Assembly (NCBI GenBank): GCA_048213135.1
Contig: PS015010.1
Span: 744,001-808,000 of the forward strand
Direction: 5' to 3'
Length of the DNA: 64,000 bases
DNA from: Reclinomonas americana ATCC 50394
Taxonomy: Eukaryota
Shown: one piece after another, positions 28,655 through 38,872 of the stretch
Layout: every line of letters starts with the position of its first letter
How positions within the stretch are numbered: position 1 is the first letter of the stretch
Program-made: the position numbers and the translations under genes
Notes under the pieces: model-generated
What the model was told of the DNA's origin: nothing
Database searches by the model: none
The model's input: the letters and a program-made list of their open reading frames with translations, nothing else

Positions 28655-30037
28655 TTACTTTTTACTTTTGATTTTTGGTTTCGAAGGAGCTTTACTCTTT
28701 TTTACAGGCTTAACCAGGTTGTTCCTGTCGGCGAACTTTTTCTTCGCTTTTTCATTCCCGCTGATAATGGCACTGGTTGTGGTGGAACCGTCGTTAAAGG
28801 TCTTCTGGTTCTCGGTATCTTCCTCTTCCTGCTGGATATAATAATCGCCGAAGAGATTGGCGAGTACCCGGGCATGGTAGATGGACCGGGTAAAACGGTT
28901 ACCGATGAGGATGATGGTGGCGGAGTCCTGCACCAGCCGGGTAAAGTTGGCATTGCTGCCGTGCCACCAGCCATTGTGATAAATGATCTTTTTGCCGGTT
29001 GGAAAGAGGTACATGCGCCAGCCCAGCCCGTAATTCTTCATGCCCGGCTTTTCGTTGCTGTAAGGGGCGTAGGCCTGCGCCAGTGTTTCAGGACTGAACA
29101 TGGGCGTACTGCTGAGCGCCCGGTCCCAGGTGAGGAGGTCGCGGGGTGTGGTATAGATATTTTTATCGCCGTACACCGCGTCAAGGAAGTTGAAATCCAT
29201 GAGGGTGCCCCGCCAATCGTAGCTGGGCGGCACCCTGGCGGTGTCGGACATGCGGAATACAAACGTATGTTTCATGCCCAGCGGGGTGAAGATCTGCTGT
29301 TGCATGAAGTCGGGGTAGGACAGGCCGCTGATCTTTTCAATGAGCAGGGCCAGCAAAGCATAGTTGCTGTTGCAGTAAGAGAAATGAACACCGGGTGTGC
29401 CAATGTTCTCCATCTCCGCTTTACGATTAATCAAAAAGTCGAGCACATCCTGGTTGCTCACCACCTGTTTTTTATCCCAGTTCATTCTTTCGAGGAAATG
29501 GGTATAGTTAGGTAATCCGCTGCGGTGGTTCAATAGTGTACGTACCGTAACGCCGGGATAATTGAACTGCGGGAAGAATTTGCTGAACTCATCATCAATA
29601 TTCACTTTGCCTTCCTGCGCCAGTTTAAGCACGGCCATGGCCGTAAAGGTTTTGGATACCGAAGCGATGTGCATGGAAGTTGTATCGGTAATGGTGTCGG
29701 TGCCGGGCTGGTGACCAGTGCCATTATAAGCTTCAAAAACGATGTTGCCGTTTCTGGCGACGATCATGCCGCCGTTGAAATTTTTGGCTTTGAGCACCGT
29801 GTCATACCAGGCCTGGCACGCATCGTGCAGGCGCAGTACCTCTGCGGCCGGCAGGGGTGCCGGGGTGGGTATATGTACCGGCTCACCCGGAGCAGGGGTG
29901 CGGGCAGCTTCTTTTTCCTTAGGCGTACTGCTGTTGCAGGCAGACAGGCTGACCAGCAGCAGCGCCCAATAGCAGCAATGCCGATGAACGGATTGTGACA
30001 CAACAGTGCTGAACAGGGATCTTAAAGCTGGTACCAT
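28655..30037 (-). CDS. Serine hydrolase, beta-lactamase class C/PBP-like lipoprotein
   Basis: SVSK, LLNHRSGL, YCN and HNG motifs, with a lipobox LSAC. Confidence 0.88.
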   Translation of the reverse strand: MVPALRSLFSTVVSQSVHRHCCYWALLLVSLSACNSSTPKEKEAARTPAPGEPVHIPTPAPLPAAEVLRLHDACQAWYDTVLKAKNFNGGMIVARNGNIVFEAYNGTGHQPGTDTITDTTSMHIASVSKTFTAMAVLKLAQEGKVNIDDEFSKFFPQFNYPGVTVRTLLNHRSGLPNYTHFLERMNWDKKQVVSNQDVLDFLINRKAEMENIGTPGVHFSYCNSNYALLALLIEKISGLSYPDFMQQQIFTPLGMKHTFVFRMSDTARVPPSYDWRGTLMDFNFLDAVYGDKNIYTTPRDLLTWDRALSSTPMFSPETLAQAYAPYSNEKPGMKNYGLGWRMYLFPTGKKIIYHNGWWHGSNANFTRLVQDSATIILIGNRFTRSIYHARVLANLFGDYYIQQEEEDTENQKTFNDGSTTTSAIISGNEKAKKKFADRNNLVKPVKKSKAPSKPKIKSKK

Positions 30038-30070
30038 AAACAACAAAATCTGATTACAACCGATATGAGA

Positions 30071-30078
30071 TATATTTG
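30071..30078 (+). promoter_or_regulatory. -7 promoter box for serA
   Basis: TATATTTG. Confidence 0.6.
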
Positions 30079-30101
30079 CGCAAAATACGGTGTAAATCAG
30101 C

Positions 30102-31340
30102 ATGGCAGAAAAAAAAATAACCAGCTATCCCAAGGACAGGATCAATATTCTTTTTTTAGAGAATATAAGTGATGTGGCAGTGAGGCATTTCCAGTCGTCG
30201 GGTTACGCGAATGTGAAAAAAATAAGCGGGGCGCTGAGTGAACAGGAATTGATCGCTGCCATTAAAGATGTACACCTGCTGGGTATCCGCAGTAAGACGA
30301 TGATCACCAAAAAAGTGCTGGAAGCGGCAACCAAACTGCAGGCCATCGGTTGTTTCTGTATTGGTGTGAACCAGGTGGACCTGGAAGCCGCCACACAAAA
30401 AGGTGTGGTGGTGTTCAATGCGCCGTACAGCAATACCCGCAGCGTAGCCGAACTGGTGATTGGCGCTTCCATCATGCTCATCCGTCGTATTGTTGATAAG
30501 AACAAAGCGGCACACGATGGTATATGGCTGAAAGAAGCCAGCGGCAGTTACGAACTGCGGGGTAAAACACTGGGTATTGTGGGTTATGGAAATATCGGCA
30601 GCCAGGTAAGTGTGCTCGCTGAAGGACTTGGGATGAAAGTCATTTTTTACGACACCGAAACCAAGCTGCCGCTTGGCAATGCGGAAGACCGCAAATCGCT
30701 GAAAGAATTGCTGGGCCATGCCGATATTGTTACGCTGCATGTACCTGAACTTGCCAGTACCAAAAACCTCATCAACAAAAACAACCTCAAATATTTTAAG
30801 AAGGGTGCCATCCTCATCAACTACGCGAGGGGAGAAGTGGTGGACCTGGATGCGCTGCGTAAGGCTTTGATTGAAGGACATATCGGCGGCGCTGCTGTGG
30901 ATGTGTTTCCCGTTGAGCCTGAAAAGAACGGCGACCGTTTCAGCACACCTTTGCAGGACTTAAGCAATGTATTGCTGACACCGCATATCGGCGGCAGTAC
31001 GCAGGAAGCGCAGCACAATATAGGCGACGATGTAAGCGCCAAACTCTTCAACTATCTTGAAAAAGGTATCAGCACCGGCTCTCATACCGTGCCGGCACTG
31101 AGCCTGCCGCCGCAGGAAGGCACGCACCGCATACTGCACATCCATAAGAACGTGCCCGGCGTACTGTCGGAGATCAATACGCAACTGAGCAAGAATAAGA
31201 TCAACATTTTGGGGCAGTACCTCAAAACCAATGACAGCATTGGTTACGTGGTACTCGACGTAGACAAACACCTCAGTAAAAATGCCGTGGAATTACTGAA
31301 GAAGGTAAAGGCGACGATCAAGGTGCGGATGTTGTATTGA
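30102..31340 (+). CDS. serA: D-3-phosphoglycerate dehydrogenase
   Basis: GCFCIG, NAPYSNTRSVAEL, GYGNIG and TPHIGGST motifs, and a C-terminal ACT domain (HKNVPGVL). Confidence 0.96.
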   Translation: MAEKKITSYPKDRINILFLENISDVAVRHFQSSGYANVKKISGALSEQELIAAIKDVHLLGIRSKTMITKKVLEAATKLQAIGCFCIGVNQVDLEAATQKGVVVFNAPYSNTRSVAELVIGASIMLIRRIVDKNKAAHDGIWLKEASGSYELRGKTLGIVGYGNIGSQVSVLAEGLGMKVIFYDTETKLPLGNAEDRKSLKELLGHADIVTLHVPELASTKNLINKNNLKYFKKGAILINYARGEVVDLDALRKALIEGHIGGAAVDVFPVEPEKNGDRFSTPLQDLSNVLLTPHIGGSTQEAQHNIGDDVSAKLFNYLEKGISTGSHTVPALSLPPQEGTHRILHIHKNVPGVLSEINTQLSKNKINILGQYLKTNDSIGYVVLDVDKHLSKNAVELLKKVKATIKVRMLY

Positions 31341-31365
31341 TACCGGGATATGTTCTTACAAGCAT

Positions 31366-31818
31366 TTACTCGCAAACTACTACTTCAACCTGCTTTTGGC
31401 AATCCAGCCGGACCCGGTTCTCGATATAGGTAAATATGTCGTCTATATTGCTGCGACTAAGGCTAAATGCAGTCATCACCGTTGGTCTCCATTTTTTTGC
31501 TAAAACTTTGGCCTGAGGATCATTTTCAATCATGGCCGCCGGGTTCCTGATGAACCGGTACAACCACTCCCGTGAATATCTTTTAGTAGCGCCCGCCAGC
31601 GCCGGACCTGTAAAATCTTTGGTGAGTTTATGACAGGAAGCGCAGCAATTCCTGAACAGTTGTTTTCCTCTTGCGATCCGCAACCACACGGGTACTGTAT
31701 CTGTTACCTGGCTGCCGGGAAGGATTGGTGTTTTGTTTAGAACCGTATTTTCTTCGCTGGCAGCGGATAAGGAGAATAGCGCCAGGATAAGTATTGCCGG
31801 AAAAAGAAGGGGCCTCAT
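31366..31818 (-). CDS. c-type cytochrome
   Basis: CASCH heme motif, GPAL, a distal Met and a signal peptide. A -7 box TAAATTTG lies at 31884-31877. Confidence 0.85.
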   Translation of the reverse strand: MRPLLFPAILILALFSLSAASEENTVLNKTPILPGSQVTDTVPVWLRIARGKQLFRNCCASCHKLTKDFTGPALAGATKRYSREWLYRFIRNPAAMIENDPQAKVLAKKWRPTVMTAFSLSRSNIDDIFTYIENRVRLDCQKQVEVVVCE

Positions 31819-31976
31819 AAAATGGCTTGGAAATTGACCTGTATAAACAACAGGATAAGCACTCACTTTCTGTTCGCAAATTTACGAAGCCAAACTGCTG
31901 ACAGAATTAAAAATATTTCCGAAATTTTCAATTATTTTTGAAAATATTGGTATCTTTGTAACTCAAAAGGTTAATT

Positions 31977-33242
31977 ATGAAACTCATTATAATCGGCGGA
32001 GGATTCGGTGGGCTGAGGCTGGCCAGGAAACTCAATAATAAACCCGGTTTTGACATCACGCTGATCGACCGTTTTAACTTTCACCAGTTTCAGCCGCTTT
32101 TTTACCAGGTGGCGACCGCAGGGTTGGATGCCAGTAATATTTCCTTCCCGCTGCGTAAGGTCTTTCACAAATCGAAGAATGTACGGTTCAGGATGGCGGA
32201 AGTAGAAAGCATTGATACTTCAGCGAAGAAAGTAGTGACCAGTATCGGCGATTTTGAATATGATGCGCTGGTGATCGCTACCGGGGCCGACACCAACTTC
32301 TTTGGCAATAAAAACCTTATGGATCATGCCCTGCCTATGAAGAGTACAGTAGAAGCCTTATCGCTCCGTTTCCGGCTGCTTAAGAATTTTGAGGATGCGG
32401 AAAATGTGACCGACCCCGCCGAACTGGAAAGACTGATGAATGTAGTAGTGGTGGGCGGCGGCCCCACAGGTGTGGAACTGAGCGGCGCCATTGCGGATAT
32501 GAAACGTTTTGTGCTGCCTAAAGACTATCCTGAACTGGATTTCAAAAAAATGAAAATCTACCTGCTGGAGGGCACCGGCAAAACGCTGGGCGCTATGAGT
32601 GAAAAATCCAGCGAACAATCCAGGGCCTACCTGGAACGGTTAGGCGTTACCGTTATGACCAACACACTGATGCAGGATTATGATGGTAAAACGGTGGTTT
32701 TGAAAGATGGTAACACCATTTCCGCAGCTACGGTGATATGGGCCGCTGGTATTAAGGGCAACGTTCCTGAAGGTATTGACCCCGCGCTGGTGGCCAGGGG
32801 CAATCGGATAAGGGTAGACCGCCAGTGCCGGGTGCAGGGCTTTACCGACCTGTACGCTATTGGTGATGTGGCGTATATGGAAGAGCCCGCTTATCCCAAC
32901 GGGCATCCGCAGGTAGCTCCCGCGGCTATGCAGCAGGCCGATATGCTGGCACAGAATCTCCGCCGTATTGAAATGAAAAGCGGGGACGATCACTTACTGG
33001 ATTTTGTTTACATTGATAAGGGCAGTATGGCCACGGTGGGGCGCAACCTCGCTGTGGTCGACATGCCCAAACCCAAACTGCACCTGGGCGGTATCCTCGC
33101 CTGGATGATCTGGATGTCGCTGCACCTGATGCTGATACTGGGTGTGAAGAACCGCTTCTTCGTATTCTGCAACTGGCTGTACAACTACTTTACAAGAGAT
33201 CAGAACCTGAGGTTGATATTTGAGCGGAAAGAGGTGAAGTAA
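31977..33242 (+). CDS. ndh: Type II NADH dehydrogenase
   Basis: GGGFGG, FQPLFYQVAT, GGGPTGVELSG, WAAG and DKGSMATVG motifs. A -7 box TATCTTTG lies at 31951. Confidence 0.93.
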   Translation: MKLIIIGGGFGGLRLARKLNNKPGFDITLIDRFNFHQFQPLFYQVATAGLDASNISFPLRKVFHKSKNVRFRMAEVESIDTSAKKVVTSIGDFEYDALVIATGADTNFFGNKNLMDHALPMKSTVEALSLRFRLLKNFEDAENVTDPAELERLMNVVVVGGGPTGVELSGAIADMKRFVLPKDYPELDFKKMKIYLLEGTGKTLGAMSEKSSEQSRAYLERLGVTVMTNTLMQDYDGKTVVLKDGNTISAATVIWAAGIKGNVPEGIDPALVARGNRIRVDRQCRVQGFTDLYAIGDVAYMEEPAYPNGHPQVAPAAMQQADMLAQNLRRIEMKSGDDHLLDFVYIDKGSMATVGRNLAVVDMPKPKLHLGGILAWMIWMSLHLMLILGVKNRFFVFCNWLYNYFTRDQNLRLIFERKEVK

Positions 33243-33420
33243 TTACGAATTATCAATTACGAATGCCTTCAGTAAAGAGAGTAAGTATCGCTGGTCAGGA
33301 GACCATGCGATCGCGTTCATCAGTATCGCCGGTCAGGAGACCATACGATGGCGTTCATCAGTATCGCTGGTCAGGAGGCCATGCGATGGCGTTCATCTTC
33401 AAATCTTCTCATCCGCACAT
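33241..33420 (-). repeat. Composite repeat: 8-mer tract, three REP-like hairpins (38-bp period), linker and heptamer tract
   Basis: GTATCGCYGGTCAGGAGRCCATRCGATSGCGTTC at 33285, 33323 and 33361, flanked by AATTACGAAT and ATCTTCAAATCTTCTCATCCGCACAT. Confidence 0.9.
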
Positions 33421-33936
33421 TCACTTCTTCCATTCTTTCAACAATCGTTTCGCCCTTGCTTTAAACGCCGGTGTCTGGTGGGGTAGCTGGTCTTCAATAA
33501 TCAGTTTCAGTTCGGGGATGATCTCGGGATATTTCCGGCAGAGTTTGCCCAGTATGGTGAGGGAATGCGCTTTAACGGCAACGGCTTCAGTAGGTGAGGC
33601 CACATAATTGATGCAGAGGTCCATCATTTCGCCTTCATAGTCTTCGGGAATGCCGATGCCCTCCATCATCCTGATGGTATTCCTTTTAACGGCCATGTGA
33701 ATACCCGGTTTGAAGAGGTTGTCGATGAGTTGCCGCCAGTAACGGCTGATGAATTCCGGGTGAGCGATAACGCAATAGCTCAGCGGCCATGCGGACCTTT
33801 GCACCACTCGGTATTCATCTGTAAGGAACAGGTGCAGGAGTTCATCGAAACGCGACTGGTCGCTGCCAATCCACGCAACGATGTATTCGCACTGGGCTTT
33901 GGAATGTTCTTTCAGTATTTCTTCACGGAGGTTCAC
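33421..33936 (-). CDS. Conserved hypothetical helical-repeat (HEAT/ARM-like) protein
   Basis: 171-aa ORF with GTG start, all-helical pattern (QRSAWPL, VKRNTIR, YPEIIPEL). Confidence 0.75.
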   Translation of the reverse strand: MNLREEILKEHSKAQCEYIVAWIGSDQSRFDELLHLFLTDEYRVVQRSAWPLSYCVIAHPEFISRYWRQLIDNLFKPGIHMAVKRNTIRMMEGIGIPEDYEGEMMDLCINYVASPTEAVAVKAHSLTILGKLCRKYPEIIPELKLIIEDQLPHQTPAFKARAKRLLKEWKK

Positions 33937-33971
33937 GGGCTATCCAACTTTTTACACGAATTTAGCGGATT

Positions 33972-34988
33972 ATGGAAAATACCTGGCGGGCTTTTCAGAT
34001 ACCGGATGATGATTATACCGTGCAACCCATTGGCAGCGGGCTGATCAACCATACCTGGAAGATCAGCGGTCAGCAGAACAGTTTTATCTGTCAGCGTATC
34101 AATACCGCCATCTTCAAAGACCCGGAAGCTATCGCCCATAATATACGTGTGATGGGCGATTTTTTTGAGCAATACAATCCCCGTTATTGTTTTACGCAGC
34201 CGGTGCCCTTGCGCACAGGAGGAGACCTGCTGTATAGTGCGGAAGGCGTTTTCAGGATGTTCCCTTTTATTGAAGGATCTTATACCATTGATACGGTTCA
34301 GTTTGTTGAAGAAGCCCGTGAAGCTGCTTACCAGTTTGGTTTTTTTGCACAGCAACTCAGCGACCTTGACGCGGATGAATTGAAAATAACGCTTCCCGAT
34401 TTTCATAACCTCGATCTCCGTTACCGGCAATTTGAAGAGGCACTGCAGCAGGGCGACCCGCAACGTATTGCCGCTTCGCAAGTATGGATTGATAAACTGC
34501 AGTCGCTGAAATATATCCGCGATCGTTATCTTACTATCCTGTCCGACCCGGAATTTAAACTGCGGCCAACACACCACGATACCAAAATCAGCAACGTATT
34601 ATTCGACAAGGAAGGCAAGGGGCTTTGCGTGATTGACCTGGACACGGTAATGCCGGGATATTTTATCAGCGACCTGGGTGATATGATGAGGACCTACCTC
34701 AGCCCGGTGAGCGAGGAGGAGGCCGATTATTCGAAGATCAGCATTCGTACGGATGTACACGATGCCGTGCTGGCAGGCTACCTGCGCCATATGGAAAAAG
34801 TCCTTACAGCAAAAGAAAAGGCTGCTATACCTTATGCCGGGCAGTTTATGATCTATATGCAGGCATTGCGTTTCTTAACCGATCACCTGAACAGTGACAG
34901 GTATTACGGGGCGAAGTATGAGGGGCATAATCTGGTGAGGGCAGGGAACCAGATCACTTTGTTAGAATTATTGATTACGAATTTCTAA
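33972..34988 (+). CDS. Aminoglycoside-phosphotransferase-fold kinase (N-acetylhexosamine 1-kinase-like)
   Basis: GSGLINHT, QRINT, HHDTKISNVLFD, IDLDTVMPG and ALRFLTDHLNSDRYY motifs. Confidence 0.85.
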   Translation: MENTWRAFQIPDDDYTVQPIGSGLINHTWKISGQQNSFICQRINTAIFKDPEAIAHNIRVMGDFFEQYNPRYCFTQPVPLRTGGDLLYSAEGVFRMFPFIEGSYTIDTVQFVEEAREAAYQFGFFAQQLSDLDADELKITLPDFHNLDLRYRQFEEALQQGDPQRIAASQVWIDKLQSLKYIRDRYLTILSDPEFKLRPTHHDTKISNVLFDKEGKGLCVIDLDTVMPGYFISDLGDMMRTYLSPVSEEEADYSKISIRTDVHDAVLAGYLRHMEKVLTAKEKAAIPYAGQFMIYMQALRFLTDHLNSDRYYGAKYEGHNLVRAGNQITLLELLITNF

Positions 34989-35072
34989 CCGCAAAGAAAG
35001 AAGTACGCAAAGGTTACGCAAAGGCTAAATTTGCATATCCGCACATTCACAAATCATCAAATCTTCAAATCA
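34989..35072. repeat. CGCAAAG tract and 8-mer tract between convergent stops
   Basis: CGCAAAG x3 (34990-35023), then ATTTGCAT ATCCGCAC ATTCACAA ATCATCAA ATCTTCAA. Confidence 0.75.
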
Positions 35073-36872
35073 TCACATCGTTCTCTCCCCGGTAACAGGT
35101 TCTGCTTTTTCCTGGTGGAGGTCAAAAATAATGATCTCATTCTCTCCTTTTTTTAACCAGGAAGCCGGGCAGTATAAACGCTGCTGTGGCCCTATGTTCC
35201 AGTACCTGCCCAGGTTGTGGCCGTTGATGTATAAGATGCCTTTGCTGTATCGGCTCATATCAAAATAAGTATCGCCGGTTTGACTGAGTGAAAATTGTCC
35301 TTTAAAGAATTGTCCTTTACGTGTATCAATGCCCCTGTCGGGTTGTGCGGCTTTGGTAACAAATGCCGGGTCCATCGGCAGTAAAAATGTCTCCCAGTTC
35401 ATCAGTGTCATGCCATTCAGGGTAACCCTGTCTGTTATGCCTTTCCTGTCAATCATGTATTGGGCAAAGTTGATGTGCCCCATGCCTTCTACAAGAATAT
35501 CCAGCTGGGGATTGGCGGTATTGGTTTTGGGCAGTTGTACCGTCCATTGCCCGCCGTCACGCCATACAGTGTCTATGAACTGTCCATCGAGGAACACGAG
35601 TGCGTAATCGTGAGGTTCCGTAATGGTCAGTTTCCCGCTTTTGTGACCGATGAGCTGGGTGCGGTACAGGATAAGTCCCTGGTTCTGCCCGTAAGCCTCC
35701 ATGGGTTTGGGTTGCGGCGACAATACCGGTGCCGGCAGCCTGTTCCATATGCTGGTCATGTATTTCATGGAAATGGAAGGGATGCTGATCGCCGCTACCG
35801 ATGCCGGTACAGCGGGTACTGTATAATCCACGGCTTCTTTGATCAAGCGGCGGAGCATATAATATTTAGCAGTAGCATTACCCTGCTCATCGATGGGGGC
35901 ATCGTAATCATAACTGGTCAGGTCGGGCTGGTATTGTACCGGAGAGAAAGCATTGGCGCCTGCGGTAAATCCAAAGTTGGTACCCCCGTGTATCACATAA
36001 AAGTTAAAAGACTTTTTATTGGCCAGCAGGTAGGCAACTTCTTTTTTAAGATCATTGGTATCAGGTCTTGCCCATTTTTCGCCCCAGTGGGTGAGCCAGC
36101 CGGGGTAGGTCTCGCTGCTGAAAGCCGGCGCATCGGGATCGCTTTTCTTCGCCTGTTCAAAATCATTATCACCGGAACCGCTGTCGAGGCCCACGGCTGT
36201 GCCTTTGAGGTGACCGGCCTCCAGCATATACGCGGTAGCGCCATCGGCGGTGTAGAAAGGTACTTTGATGCCGTTGCTGATCCAGAGCTGCCGCAAGGCT
36301 TCCAGGTATTTTTTATCGTTGCCATAACTGCCGTATTCATTTTCCACCTGCACCATCAGTATAGGCCCGCCATTAACGCATTGCAGCGGTTTTACAACGG
36401 CAGCTAAACTGCGTATATACCTTTCCGTTGCTTTCATGTACCGTTCATCGAGGCAGCGGATTTTAATATCCGGATATTTCAGCAGGTAGGTGGGTAATCC
36501 GCCAAAGTCCCATTCAGCGCATACATATGGACCCGGTCGCAGCAGCACCCACATTTTTTCTTCCTGGCATATTTTGATAAAGGCGGCGATGTCCCGGTTT
36601 TCAGAACTGTAATCAAATTTGCCTTCCACAGTCTCGTGATAGTTCCAGAAAATGTAGGCGGCAATGGTATTACAACCCATAGCTTTGACCATTTGTATGC
36701 GGTGACGCCAGTATTCACGTGGTATACGGGCCGGGTGTATTTCCCCGCTGATGATCTGGAATGGCGTTCCATCCAGCAGAAAATCGTTCTTTGATAATTC
36801 AAAGCGATGTACCTGCGCCTGTGATAACCAGCAGGTAAAGAGAAAGGTCAGCGTAAGGAGTATTTTTTTCAT
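35073..36872 (-). CDS. Beta-galactosidase, glycoside hydrolase family 35
   Basis: SGEIHPARIP, LRPGPYVCAEWDFGGLP, QVENEYG, ETYPGW, HGGTNFG and TSYDYDAP motifs. Confidence 0.95.
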   Translation of the reverse strand: MKKILLTLTFLFTCWLSQAQVHRFELSKNDFLLDGTPFQIISGEIHPARIPREYWRHRIQMVKAMGCNTIAAYIFWNYHETVEGKFDYSSENRDIAAFIKICQEEKMWVLLRPGPYVCAEWDFGGLPTYLLKYPDIKIRCLDERYMKATERYIRSLAAVVKPLQCVNGGPILMVQVENEYGSYGNDKKYLEALRQLWISNGIKVPFYTADGATAYMLEAGHLKGTAVGLDSGSGDNDFEQAKKSDPDAPAFSSETYPGWLTHWGEKWARPDTNDLKKEVAYLLANKKSFNFYVIHGGTNFGFTAGANAFSPVQYQPDLTSYDYDAPIDEQGNATAKYYMLRRLIKEAVDYTVPAVPASVAAISIPSISMKYMTSIWNRLPAPVLSPQPKPMEAYGQNQGLILYRTQLIGHKSGKLTITEPHDYALVFLDGQFIDTVWRDGGQWTVQLPKTNTANPQLDILVEGMGHINFAQYMIDRKGITDRVTLNGMTLMNWETFLLPMDPAFVTKAAQPDRGIDTRKGQFFKGQFSLSQTGDTYFDMSRYSKGILYINGHNLGRYWNIGPQQRLYCPASWLKKGENEIIIFDLHQEKAEPVTGERTM

Positions 36873-36876
36873 GTGT

Positions 36877-38871
36877 TTATTTATGGGTAAGTACGTCATA
36901 AAGACTTTTAATTTTCACCTGTGGCACTTCCGCTGAATTGCTGTACCGGTTGAGCCGGAATGTTTTTACTTCTCCTGCTTTGAGAGAAAAATAATTATCG
37001 CTGATGGTAAAGCTGCCATTGTCTTTGTAGAGGTACACGTAGGCGGCATCCTGGTCGCTTACAATGCTGAAATTTCCGTCGCCGGTGTATTTCAATGTGA
37101 ACGTTGGTTTTTTAAGCTGCCATTGCATGGGTATGATGCTGTCTTTCACAGGCAGGCGGTCATCGCGGTAAGCCTCCTTTACGGCATACCAGGCGGCCTT
37201 GGGAGCCCTGCTGTAATCGGTAATGCTCCAACTGGTTACGGGCCAGCAGTCGTTCAGCTGCCACAGCAGGGTACCCATATTGCGGGGCGCTTTGCTGCGG
37301 TGTACGGCAATGCTGTTCTTAAGGATATAATATTGCAGGCATTGGGTAAGGTAAATATAATCCGCTAAGGGCAACTGTTTCAGCCGGCTGCTGTCTATAA
37401 AATAACGGTTAAGGTAGTGGTTCAGTTTTTTGAATCCGTCATTTGCTTTCTGATGCGATGTAATGGAAGGAGAGTAGAGGTAGCGTTCTTTTTCAGGCGT
37501 ATACCCGTTAACGGTAGTTACGTTAGGCATGGCCTGCATACCATATTCGCTTACGAAACGGCCTGTCTTCTGTTCAAATATTTCCCAGTCGGCCAGTCCC
37601 CACCAAACACCCCAGTAGTGACTGTCGCCTTCATTATAACTGCGGGGGTTACCCCAGCCGAACTGAGGCGAGGTAGACACATAAGGACGATTGCCATCAA
37701 ACTCATCCACCCATTTGGGCAGACTGTCGCGGAACAGGCGGGTGTAGTCGTTCCACACTTTGGCTGAATCGGCACCATGCAGGTTGAACTGGCCCTGCCA
37801 CCCCCAGTGGTGCCAGGCTTCGTCAATCTCGTTATTGCCGCACCAGAGCACGATACAGGGATGATCTTTCAACCGGTTGACCTGGTACCTGACTTCCTCT
37901 TTTACATTTTTAAAAAATGCTTCATCACCGGGATACATACCGCCGGCAAACATAAAGTCCTGCCACACCATAATACCCATCTTATCGCATTGATCATAGA
38001 AAGCATCATCTTCATAAATACCGCCGCCCCATACGCGGAGCATATTCATGTTGGCATCCTTGGCACTTTTAACGATCCGGTAATAGTCCATTGGCCCGAC
38101 ACGCGGTAAAAAAACATCGGAAGGGATATAATTAGCACCCTTGATATAAACAGGATTCCCGTCTTTTTCAAAATAAAAAGATGTACCTGCTGTATCTTTT
38201 TGTTGTACGAGTTTTACATTCCAGGAGGGTAACTTGTTGGTTGTAGGCATGATCCTCACACCTGTCCAGCCTTGCAGCTGTATTTTTTTCCAGATACCGC
38301 ATCCCACGAATAACGGGCCCCAATCCCAGCCAAACTGGAACTGTGCTTTGCGGGCATATACCCGGTTATTGTCGGGCAATACCAGTGGCAGCCTGCTTTT
38401 GGCGATGGAGTCAACCGTATTCAGTGCGGAGTGGAAACGGATAATAAGTTTGTTGTTTTTCTTTACAATGTCTTTCACAAATACAATCCAGTTACGGAAC
38501 ATATTGTCGGCTTTCAATATCGATTTCCCGTTAAGCGATACATCGGCATAAGTGTCCAGCCCGTCAAAAACCAGCCGGATATTTTGCTCTGCCAGCAGGG
38601 CATCGTTCGCCTGGAAGGTCAGTTGGTATTCCCAGTCGCAGCGATCGATCCACGCCAGCTTTTTTTCATTGTCTGCATAGAAAGGATCCGGGATCAGTTT
38701 ATTATTGAGCAGGTCGGTATGGACAGACCCGGGCACTGTGGCAGGGTACCATTTCGCGGTACCGGCTTTTCTGAACTGCCAGCCTTTGCTGAGGTCCAGC
38801 GTAGTGGTCTGTGCCGCAACGGGAAAAAAGATGAACAGGAAAAAAAATGATATAACTGTAGGTTTCCTCAT
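36877..38871 (-). CDS. Beta-mannosidase, glycoside hydrolase family 2 (compact form)
   Basis: ARKAQFQFGWDWGP, NMLRVWGGG, WQDFMF, WCGNNE, SEYG and WQLNDCWP motifs. Confidence 0.92.
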   Translation of the reverse strand: MRKPTVISFFFLFIFFPVAAQTTTLDLSKGWQFRKAGTAKWYPATVPGSVHTDLLNNKLIPDPFYADNEKKLAWIDRCDWEYQLTFQANDALLAEQNIRLVFDGLDTYADVSLNGKSILKADNMFRNWIVFVKDIVKKNNKLIIRFHSALNTVDSIAKSRLPLVLPDNNRVYARKAQFQFGWDWGPLFVGCGIWKKIQLQGWTGVRIMPTTNKLPSWNVKLVQQKDTAGTSFYFEKDGNPVYIKGANYIPSDVFLPRVGPMDYYRIVKSAKDANMNMLRVWGGGIYEDDAFYDQCDKMGIMVWQDFMFAGGMYPGDEAFFKNVKEEVRYQVNRLKDHPCIVLWCGNNEIDEAWHHWGWQGQFNLHGADSAKVWNDYTRLFRDSLPKWVDEFDGNRPYVSTSPQFGWGNPRSYNEGDSHYWGVWWGLADWEIFEQKTGRFVSEYGMQAMPNVTTVNGYTPEKERYLYSPSITSHQKANDGFKKLNHYLNRYFIDSSRLKQLPLADYIYLTQCLQYYILKNSIAVHRSKAPRNMGTLLWQLNDCWPVTSWSITDYSRAPKAAWYAVKEAYRDDRLPVKDSIIPMQWQLKKPTFTLKYTGDGNFSIVSDQDAAYVYLYKDNGSFTISDNYFSLKAGEVKTFRLNRYSNSAEVPQVKIKSLYDVLTHK

Positions 38872-38872
38872 A

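Noticed and set aside
33285-33394. Second possible CRISPR mini-array
   Set aside because: The period is 38 bp with 4-bp linkers and no unique spacers.
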